From Octopus sinensis (Eukaryota), in assembly GCF_006345805.1 (NCBI RefSeq), contig NC_043007.1, forward strand, positions 64,914,001 to 64,978,000: DNA of 64,000 nucleotides. The letters are read 5' to 3'. Both the position numbers and the translations under genes were made by a program. Below are positions 53,570 through 64,000 of this stretch, piece by piece. Numbering within the stretch: the stretch's first letter is position 1; each line of letters begins with the position of its first letter. The notes under the pieces were generated by a model, which made no database searches, was not told where the DNA came from, and was given only the letters and a program-made list of their open reading frames with translations.

Positions 53570-53618
53570 TCGTTGGTACTCTTGAGTTTCAAGCTTGATA
53601 CTAGTCGTCAGCAATTTT
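53570..53618 (-). ncRNA. Hammerhead-like motif, stems I and II decayed
   Basis: Minus strand: CUGACGA, 14 nt, GAAA, ACUC-AA-GAGU stem III, GUA. Confidence 0.5.
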
Positions 53619-53914
53619 GTATTTGAATAACCGAAGTTGATTGTGATTACCGAAAGGTGGACTGCTATTGGTCGAGGAAGGTCACGCGGTGTCGTGGTTT
53701 GATGTTGGTATATGGGTAATAGTTAGTTGGAAAATACTACATGGCGTACAGGAAATTAACCACGTGGAGGTTGTTGGGGGTGGCAGTAGAAAGGGGCAGC
53801 ATTTGCAAGTATATAATTCTATATATGAGTGTGCAGACGCGCTCATATAGTTTGGCGTGCTTGTGTATATTCATGCGGGTGTGCGCATTTGTACATGAGC
53901 GCGCACGCGCACGT

Positions 53915-53951
<37 letters not shown>

Positions 53952-53954
53952 ACA

Positions 53955-54368
53955 CACATCTCTTTTACTCTTTTACTCTTTTACTTGTTTCAGTCATTTG
54001 ACTGCGGCCATGCTGGAGCACCGCCTTTAATCGAGCAACTCGACCCCGGGACTTATTCTTTTGTAAGCCCAGTACTTATTCTATCGGTCTCTTTTGCCGA
54101 ACCGCTAAGTAACGGGGACATAAACACACCACCATTGGTTGTCAAGCAATGCTAGGGGGACAAACACACTCACACAAACACACACACACATATATATAAA
54201 TACATATATACGACGGGCTTCTTTCAGTTTCCGTCTACCAAATCCACTCACAAGGCTTTGGTCGGCCCGAGGCTAGAGTAGAAGACACTTGCCCAAGGTG
54301 ACACGCAGTGGGACTGAACCCGGAACCATGTAGTTGGTAAACAAGCTACTTACCACACAGCCACTCCT
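53955..54368 (-). mobile_element. Young, near intact tRNA-derived SINE with internal (CA)/(TA) microsatellite
   Basis: Head ggagtggctgtgtggtaagtag with B box ggttcagtccc; (TAAAAGAG)n tail. Resembles octopus OK/OR SINEs (from memory). Confidence 0.88.
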
Positions 54369-54514
54369 GCACATATACACGCACACACTATATATACATA
54401 CATACGCGGCAAGTTACTTTGTAACTACTGTTGATTATTAATAACAAAAATATACATATGCGCATATTTCCAGTCCTATTTTCCTCTTTGTTTCACCAAC
54501 GTCTTTGTTTGTGA

Positions 54515-54565
<51 letters not shown>

Positions 54566-54679
54566 CATGGTGAATCAGCATTAAAGTGGCAGAGTATTTC
54601 ACAAATGTGCGTACGCTTAATGTAATCCTTAAAAAGAACCAACGGAGCACTTAGTGTGAGGAGGCTGGGCATAAAGTCA

Positions 54680-54850
54680 AGTAGAGTCCATCGGATGGTC
54701 TTCCAGGCAGTTTCTGTCTAGCCAGGTTCACTCAGAATACTTGGTTGACTTGAGCCTATGATAAAAGACTCTTGAGTAAATGATACGCAGTCGAATCGTA
54801 CCTGGCACCTGGCAATTATTATGCTAACTTGTTAACCATTCGGCTATGGA
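54680..54850 (-). mobile_element. Old copy of the 54 kb SINE head
   Basis: cagtttctgtctagccaggttcactcag and gaagacact-like motifs collinear with 54225-54360. Confidence 0.55.
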
Positions 54851-55746
54851 AGAACCATATGTATGTATGTATGTATGTATGTGCGTATGTATATATGGAT
54901 GTTTGTATGTATGTATGTATATATATATATATATATATGTATCAATGTATGTATATGTGTGTATGAATTAATATGTGTCTGTGTGTGTGTATCTATGTAT
55001 GCATTCATGTCTGTGTGTGTATGTATGTATGTATGTATGTATGTATGTATGTATGTATGTGTGTGTATTATGTTTCTCTTTAGATGTGCAATAAATTTCG
55101 ATCGGCCACCTGCTCGGTAACAAGGTTATGAAGGAAAGCAACTTGTTTGGTGTAGCATTCTTTATATCTCAAGAATTATAGATACCTATAGTTGTAATCT
55201 GAGTGTAGAGATTGTATTGTCAAGCCGTACATTTTTAGGTTTTCAGAGAAGGGCACAACTTTTCCTTGTTTGTTGTCAAAAATACACACTTGGACTCATC
55301 AAATTTCATTCCAATGTCTGTCGAAAGTTAGGTAATGTGGTCTAATTGTATTTTTATTTGGTTGATATTTGGCACATACAGTGTCAAGTCGTAGACGAAG
55401 AAAAGACGAGGCATACTTCTGGAATGTTTTCTATTTGCACTATGTTTTGTGGGCATGTATGATAGTAGGTTTAATTTGTAGACGATGAGCAAAACTGACA
55501 GGTGATCACTCTCAAAGAATACTACCAGACTCAGTTTTCTCCTCATCCGTAGGGAGCGAGTGGTGTACCAACTCTTGTATGTAAGTGTGTATGTATGTAT
55601 GCAGGCATGTGTGTATATATGCGCATGTGTTTGTTTGTGTGTCTGCATGTGTACCTACGTATGCATATATATTTATATGGATATATGTTTATATGTATAT
55701 ATATATGTGTGTGTATATATACATACATAAATATATATTATATATA

Positions 55747-56100
55747 CTAGTAGAAAGATCACCCTCCGGGCGGTTTTCTGCTGCCTACTTGATAATATTT
55801 TCACATTTGTTTAATATGAAAATATTATCAAGAGGGAAGTGATTGAGAAAAATGTGTTTAATGGGAGAAAAATATTGAAAGCCCCACCAATACATGTGAG
55901 AGTGAAAACAGAGCGGTTATACTAGAAACAACAGTCAATCCTCCCTTCAATTGTTCACCCTTTCCTCTGAAAATATTTTCAAATTTTTTACCGAAAAGGC
56001 GCCACCCATGGTTTTTAAGTTTTAAAAAAATGGCCAAAATCGGTCCGGATAGTTGTTATTATGAGGCTTATCGTGTTCTAAACAACTATAACAGCAAAAT
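55747..56100 (-). mobile_element. Non-autonomous Helitron (3' end clear, 5' end unresolved)
   Basis: Minus strand cgccc-gga-gggtg hairpin followed by CTAG|t; aaaatcggtcc subterminal-type motif near 56036. Confidence 0.6.
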
Positions 56101-57382
56101 CACTATACCAGTATAATTTTTTCACAAAAAGTTTACCAGTATATGAAAAAATTATCATTCAATAAATAATGTTTTTTTATATTACGTATATACAATAAAC
56201 TGTGGGTTTTGGAAATAGTAAATTAAAACTCGAAATAAAAACATTGAAATAGAGAGTGAGAGACTTTGCAAATGAATACGGAATACTCCACAGTGAATGC
56301 AACGACTATTTAAATTTGTGAAAAATTGGAGTTCAAAAATTCAATAAACTTCAGAAATCGAAATTATAGGAAATTTCTTGGAACATAAATTCATAAAACA
56401 ATTTCCAAATGGTCAGGCCTTTAATAATTCCTTTCCTTTAGTAACAGTTACATACCTAATTAATAAGCAGCTTTCCCCATTGTGATATAGATGTATACAC
56501 ACACACGCACACACGCACACACACAGGTACACACACGCCCACAAACAAACACATATACGCATGCACACACAATCACACACTTACACACCTAGACACATAC
56601 GCATACATACATATATACATATATACATACATACTTGCATACATACTTGCCCACATGCATACATATATATCCACGAACTCAGGATTTGGTATTGTAAATC
56701 CAGGTATTATTGTTTTGAGCTTTGTTAATGTAAGGTTAAGGGAAATAGATGGAAACAGTGTGTGCACGCACGCAAGTATGAATGTGTGTATGAGTGTGTG
56801 TGAAAGTGAGAGAGAGAGAGAAACAAGAAATGCATTGACAAGTTTATAGTTTCCCTATAGATCCATTTCATATTACCATACAATCATAATCTCCATCCTT
56901 CTTTTTATCTTTCCTCTCCCACGCTTCCAAGACCAGCGACATCTTCTGCTAGAGCTAATATGAGTATCAGATATAACGGTAAATCTACAGCTCTACAACT
57001 ACCGCAGACACCATCACCACCCCGTCTTTCTCTCTCAATCTCTTTCACCACAACATTTCATCACAAGCTTCTCATCTGATTTAATTCAATGCCACATCGG
57101 ATCAGTTTAACGGCTTTTTCTTTCATTTCGCCATTAAATTGACCAATGCAAGAAACAGCGACAGCTTGCCTTAATGCCGTCTACCATTTTGTGACAAATA
57201 AACGCATATAAAAAATGATAAAATAAATGCACACATGTGCATATAGACACAAACACACACACACATACATACATGCATTCATACATGCATACATAATACA
57301 AACATACATGCTTACATAATATACACAGACATACATACATATACACACGCACATATACGTGTCTGTCTGTGAATGTGTGTGT

Positions 57383-57414
<32 letters not shown>

Positions 57415-57574
57415 CAATGTTTAGTCGCTCATACTGATTTACCCTCTTCTGTCAAGCTGTTACTTATTTCATCGTTATCTATTTTTCGAACCACTCTATT
57501 GCAATTCATAAAAGAACACAATATTAACAACAACACTAGCTTTTATGTCGGTGCAGATTTAAACAGACACGGAT

Positions 57575-57611
<37 letters not shown>

Positions 57612-58231
57612 AACACATACACACGCACGCACGCACGCATACACACGCACATACACACACACACACACATTTGCTGTTTGATTCTACAGGCTCCTCATAG
57701 GAGGTGAGATTCTTGTCATTTATTTTCCACTTGTACTTTTGTAAGACAACACTTGCGGGAAATATTTGAGCTAGTTTTAGTGATTAGTGTTGAGGCTTGA
57801 GAGGTCGAAACAGAAGATTGATCAAAGGAGTTGAATAGAAAGAAGAGACGAGTGGGAGTTGCATGTTTCAATGAGCAGACACTATTACAGCATCGGTAGT
57901 AAATGCAGCAAAATGTGATAGAACGCTTGTGAGCCAGAGACTAAAGCGTGTCTGTGAGTGAACTTTTGCGATTCATGCTGTCTAGACTGTCTACCTAGGA
58001 TGTCTGTCTAGGATGTCCTGCAGTAGCAGTAGCGGCGATCCAGGTTTGAGAGCCGTACTCAATTATTGGTTACACATGTATTTTGTAGAGCCTCAGTAAT
58101 ACTTGGGAGCTGACGTATCCTCTAACCTTGAAGAGAAAGTCCAATAGTTGGTATATGTGAGTGTATGTGTGTGTATGTGTGTGTGTCTATTCGTCTATCT
58201 ATCCACCTATGTCTTTCTGTCTGCATGCCTG

Positions 58232-58331
<100 letters not shown>

Positions 58332-58591
58332 CGAGTTTACTGTGATTTAAAAAAAATACATAACTGGAATAATGTAATTGGGAACTGTATTCCATGTATT
58401 CGTCCGGTCACGACTAAATGGTGGTGGTTGGATCATCATGTAATACGGATTATACAATCGTACAACCGAGGGCAATATTGTTCTCATCTCTGTCTCCATT
58501 AATGTTACATGATGTTCCACTCAAACGTTCTTGAATCTGTTATAAATCACGGAATAATATGATTGATACCAGCAACTCCATTCTTTATTTG

Positions 58592-58637
<46 letters not shown>

Positions 58638-58844
58638 TCACACACATAAAATTATGATGATGAGTTGTTTGATCAGCTGAATAATCTGCTCCTGAAATAA
58701 TGTGTAGGTGGCTGAGCATCCCACATACACATGAAGCCTTAACGGAATTGTCAGGCAGAATTAGCGTGTGTAACAAGGGTGTACTTTTGGAATTAAAGAT
58801 AGAATTAGCAAGTCTGTCCGTCTGTCAGTATTTATGAATGCGTG

Positions 58845-59050
58845 GAGGTGCGTGGCTTAGTGATTAGTGTATTACACCCATGATCGTAAGACTGTGCTTT
58901 CGATTCCTGAACCGGGCGATGACTTGTTTTCTTTAGAAAAACGCTTTATTTCACGTTGCTGCAGTCCACTCAACAGGCAAAAATGGGTAATCCTGCGACG
59001 GAGCGGTGTCTCGCCGGTGGAAAATATATACACTACAGAATCTAGAAAGC
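58845..59050 (+). mobile_element. tRNA-derived SINE
   Basis: tggcttagtgattag A box, tttcgattcct B box, ttatttcacgttgctgcagtccactca core. Confidence 0.78.
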
Positions 59051-59239
59051 CAGCCTTACAAACTTAGAGACGTGAGAAGGATCTTTGATGATTTGGTGAA
59101 TAAATTTGAAACGCAAACATTTTTAATACACGCATTTAACCTCTCTGTTACAATATAGCTATTTGTGGCCTGTACACACTGTGAGATAGTAAAACTGGTC
59201 TGTATGAGTCTTGTTAGATTATGATGTAGTGCGCCCCCC

Positions 59240-59640
59240 ACCCAAAAACCCCCCACCTCATTCTGCTAATAATTTTGAATGATGCACCTGCTCATTCAGG
59301 TAGCCACCGTTTTATTAATAATAATGTTAAAATAAGGTGTACCCTCATTCCACTCATTGTTACCTTCATAATCCAGTCAATGAATCAAAGTATAATTGTT
59401 GGTTGCAAGAGTTTACACCAATTTGGACAAAGTTCTCGAGGTGGTTTCAAGAAGTTCGTCTTTAGAACCACACACGAGGACAAAGGACTCGCGATAAAAG
59501 AAAGCACAGCAATCTCAAGTTTGAAATATTTGTGGAAGATATTACTCTAGGCAATGCTTCAAGACAAAAAAATTCATTGTGCACTTGAGAGAGAGAGCAG
59601 GTTAAACAAATGCTACAGGAAACTACGTTGGCGCCTGGTT
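59240..59640 (+). mobile_element. pogo/Tigger DDE transposase fragment
   Basis: ILLILNDAPAH..NNNVKI..LIP..TFIIQSMNQSII matches ILLILDNAPGH..FLPPNTTSLIQPMDQGII. Confidence 0.78.
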
Positions 59641-59789
59641 AGAAATACTCTAAATACTGAGTGTTTATAGAAGAAATAGCAAAGGAAGTCCTCGTCTGTG
59701 ACAGGATGAAAAGCCATTGCTCGAGAAACGTAAAGACTAGTATACTAGAATCCTTTGATAAAATGTCATGCATTGTCATGTCAACTGAA

Positions 59790-60110
59790 ACTGATGTTCA
59801 AAGGTTAAAGGTGCTGGAGTGAGAGAGGCAAGAGAGTTTATAAATGATAAGAATGCCTGGAGAGTGTTTGTGGACGGATGAGTGAATTTGATGTTGCTCA
59901 AAGAAATACGGAACCAGCATGATGCGGCGGGGGTAAACCAGCATATGATGTCAGGCACCGCTGCTGATATTGGGGATCGCGTTCTATGCCTTGACCCGAG
60001 CATAGAACGCGGCTCGCCTCTTTGAGCTGGGAAATGAATGGAATGCCTGGTGTGTGTCTTGTTATGGCCACCCCCTCCTAAAATGGGGAATAGGCCTGGG
60101 TATATAAAAA
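59790..60110 (+). mobile_element. Probable LINE (RTE-like) 3' end with a hairpin in the UTR
   Basis: REAREFINDKNAWRVFV* then a 12-bp perfect stem at 59978-60011. Confidence 0.5.
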
Positions 60111-60599
60111 AAATAATTATTCAATAGTAAAAGCAGGAAAGTGAAGAAATGTAACTCAACTCATTTGTCAAACTAATTCATTCCAACAATGTTGAAACTG
60201 TTAAGTCTGATGATAATATTGGTGGCTTGCCTACAGTTAATTCAGTCTCTCATCAAATATTTCAGACTTCGGAAAGTGAGGGAGTAAACCAGTACATTTT
60301 CATACATCTTTCAACTCACCGTGACAAGTTATGATCTCTACCGTTGCCGCCATCTCTACAACATCAAGTTCAAATGTCACCTACAACAGGTAAATGAAAT
60401 TAACAATGTTTGGCATTAGATTTTTAATTTTTCCATACTGTAATGTTAAATAACTATCATAAAATATGTATTTATATGTTTTATATAGTTATATGATGTT
60501 TGCAGTATTTTCTGTAATTTTGTTAATGCCTATCATGTTCAGCGTATTATGAATATATTTCGAATATTGTATATGTATACACTTACATACACACATTGC

Positions 60600-60672
60600 A
60601 GCTGGTAATTGGGAGAGGGATGCACAAGACCGTGATGGATGGAGGAAGATAGTGCATGATGGTTGTTCAAGG

Positions 60673-60706
<34 letters not shown>

Positions 60707-60860
60707 ATGAGAGTATTAGGAGGGAGTTTAGAAGGGGGAACCTGTGGAAAGGGAGAGTGTTGCTTTTTATGTGTGTGGTTTGTGGGCGGAGGTGTCTGAG
60801 TCGTGCAGGCCTGGTGAGCCATCACAATTCTCATAGAAATCGACTCATGATAAAATTCAT
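60600..60860 (+). mobile_element. RTE C-terminal Zn-finger fragment
   Basis: DRDGWRKIVHDG and CVVCGRRCLSRAGLVSHH; (GA)n expansion inside. Confidence 0.75.
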
Positions 60861-62645
60861 AACAGAACTTGTGTAAAATGTGGAAGGGTGTGCCTCTCAG
60901 TTGGAGATCTAAAAAGACGTTAAGAGAGTGCATATGGTGACACCTGTTTCTCCTGCCAGCCAGCACAATTGTCTAGTATGTAAAAAAAATGTGTAAAAGC
61001 TTGGCCGGGTTTAAAAGACATATAAGGGCATCACATGACAACAATCATGAATCCTTTCAGTAAGTCTTCTTGGCAATGGCTTTTCTGGTGTAACGAGGAT
61101 GTAGCTGTGGCATACACACATACACAGAAACGCACACAAATCACATATGTGTGTGTATGTGCGTGTGATTGTGTACGTTTAAAGCAGTCAGGGGTCATTT
61201 TTGTTTATCCTCACTTCCTCCGAAAGTCGACGGTGAATTATCCTCAGTATATTGAGTTAATTCAACTTTATCTTTATTCTTACTACATAAACCTCTACCT
61301 ATTCATAAACATACACACACACGCACGCACTCACACACACTAGCGCACATATACAAATAGAGAGAGCGGGAGAGAGGGAAAGAAAGAGAGCGAGAAAGAC
61401 GGGTAGGGAGAGGAGAGTAAGAGAGACAACGAGGAAGCTTAATCGTAGTCGTCCGATCTGCTAGAAATAGCTGTCAAACAAATCTTATTCGAATCATAGA
61501 CAACCTCCTTTAAAAGGAAGAACATATTGGATAGTGTAGTTATTACAATTCACATAATTAAAAACGGTGGGTTGACAATTACTAAAATACCTTTTGATCA
61601 TTGATCTGGTCGCTCAAGGCTAAACAATAACAACAACAACAATTACAACAACCTTTAAACAAAAGGAAGCCAGTTAAAATGTCAAGTATCGATAGTTTCC
61701 GTATCAAAGCTTTTCTGCAGTTTACACTTGATGCTGATTTTTAGTTGCAATCAGCAATGAATTAGTAGATCTATGTACCTATGATCAAAATAATTCCTAC
61801 TGCGGCCAACACGCTGTATCTTGCATTACATTGTGTCTAATATGACCATTCGTTTATAGGATGTGACTTCTGGGTAATTTGGCTGCTATTACTAGCAAGC
61901 TGAGTGACAATGTTGAGACTATTATGACTCTTTCAGTTTAAAGTTGAAACTGTTGACCTTCAAAGATGATGCGTCTTTGGAACGACATGAATGTCATAAT
62001 TTCCTTTCTTTCCTCGCTATACTACAAAGAAAGGAGTCATCGCGCCTACGTAACATAATGTAAAATCTTTGCTTTTCTTGAAATGTGGACCAGCGATGCA
62101 CCACCCAAAGAAACCTATAAGAATTTAAAATCCTTCACATGGTTTCGTGTTCGGTATGGAACTGACAAAAAGGGTGAAGTACACAATGCGTAGCTGCATA
62201 CGATGTAATATAGTTGCAGTAGTCATGGATACGGTTGCGAACATCGAATCGATATTTCCGTAGTAACGGAATAATTTTAGCGTCGGATGACTTAATTCCT
62301 CTACGAGCAGACATCAAAAGATACATTTATATGCGTGTCTACACACACATACATGCACACATACACAAACACACACACACATATAATCATGCACGCATAT
62401 GCATGCTCATACACGGATATGTACACATACGCGTACACAAGGTACCGGGACTTTCTGTATACGTATGTTTATAAGAATAGAAATAGAAATATACATATGT
62501 AAATGATTTCAAATTCGTCAATAAAATAATGTTTCTCTACTTTAATGCTAACGCAGGGTATACACACACACACATGCATATGTATGTATATGTATTTATA
62601 TGTTTTTGTACAGGTATGTAAATATGTAACTTATATATCTATGCG

Positions 62646-62743
<98 letters not shown>

Positions 62744-62778
62744 CTCTCTGTATGTAAGTATGAATGTATGTATGTATG

Positions 62779-62819
<41 letters not shown>

Positions 62820-62959
62820 GCACACACACACCAACATACACAAATACACACACACATACACACATATATTCGATTGCGCAAAAGGTCCGTTCGGTTTTTT
62901 AAAGCGAAAACAAGGCACAAGTTTTGAGCACAAACGATTATTCAATCAATTTATTCAAT

Positions 62960-63790
62960 TAATAATATAATTACCGATTTGTTCCAGTATTTACTGCCAC
63001 CGTGTGCGCTGATCCATTCTTTCCTCAAAGCATTTTCTATTTTTATCGGCGGAAAACACTTCCAGGTGAATTTTTACATGACCGTAAGAATTTAAAGTCC
63101 GTTCACTCCTTTAAATTTAAAGAGACTGAAACATGTGGTAATCTGGAGGCGCGATGTCTAGTGAATATGGAGGGTATGATAAAATTCCCAGCAAGCCCGG
63201 TCAATTCTTCCGTGTCTAAAAGGAAGTGTGTGCACTCGCATTATCGTGATGAAAGTCAAAGTCCTTACTATTCGCAAGAACTGAACGCGTCTAGTAGATC
63301 GCGGCGTTTAATTTGTCCAGCTGGTCACAGTACCCATCTGAATTTATGATCCTGTCCATGGTAAGAAACTCCAGTCTCACCAAATTGAAAGCATAACTTT
63401 CAGGCGAAGTCCTGCTTAGGAGGTTGTTTGTGGTGTTTCACCTCGCTCCTCCCATAATCATTTGCGTCTCACGATGTTATAGACGAGCCATTTGTGGTCA
63501 GTCACTATTCTTTTAAAAAAAGAATCGTTTTCTTCACGTTTCTGTATCGAATCGCTGATAGAACTCTGTTGGGCGAGGTTAGCCTCATTCAAGTGATGGC
63601 AAGTAATTAAATAAATATATTCGATTCCCACACTTCCTTACTTTTTTAGTCTGTATACTCCTCACGAAATAGTTTCATCGATCGGATCTTCTGGAGTTCA
63701 GCTGCATGGACATTACATTACACTTTTCTGTATTGGATAAAGGCGGACTGCTCGCCCGAGTCTGTAAGAGGAGCTTTCTGTGATAACCAC
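62960..63790 (-). mobile_element. Mariner transposase pseudogene (cecropia/Hsmar1-like)
   Basis: FFKRIVTDHKWLVYN; RGETPQTTS*AGL.LKVMLSIW*D; HDNA, HPPYS and DYH relics after frameshift. Confidence 0.85.
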
Positions 63791-64000
63791 ACGATTCTCT
63801 GAATCTATATTTTATGATATAAACTTATATACAAATATAGATACATGTTTTTAGTAAAATTTAGCAAAAGCAACAGAGTGACTCAAGGGCCGAGAGTTTC
63901 ATGCAAAAATATCTACATATTTTCATATTTTGAGTTCCCCTTTTCCTGTTTGCATCAATATACATGATATAGACATATATATATAGACATCCAAATGCCA

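Noticed and set aside
57690-58140. Possible solo LTR
   Set aside because: No TG...CA termini, TSD or second copy seen.
60203-60275. CTGATGA...GAAA near 60.2 kb
   Set aside because: The CUGA is itself paired in an imperfect hairpin; there is no stem III or triplet.

Overview
Eukaryotic, AT-rich, repeat-saturated DNA with no recognisable intact host gene. Microsatellite density and the tRNA-derived SINE families resemble an Octopus (coleoid cephalopod) genome; this is recognition from memory, not a database result. Nearly all ORFs in the supplied track are microsatellite read-throughs ([12 protein letters not shown]) or pieces of decayed transposons. Identifiable content: decayed DNA transposons (Tc1, several mariners, pogo/Tigger, Helitrons), decayed non-LTR retrotransposons (RTE, CR1, L1-Tx1, R4/Dong-like, I/Jockey-group), two Penelope-like (PLE) GIY-YIG endonuclease remnants, and many SINEs. 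The main signal the ORF track misses is a set of at least seven type I hammerhead ribozyme motifs with palindromic stem III, ranging from complete to degenerate. Three sit in fold-back (inverted repeat) elements in which a mirror arm carries a deletion through the ribozyme. The window also holds several other long fold-backs (potential dsRNA), an AT-rich but CpG-retaining block at 24.1-26.4 kb, and an unclassified decayed coding island at 46.3-47.1 kb. All alignments, folds and counts were done by eye.
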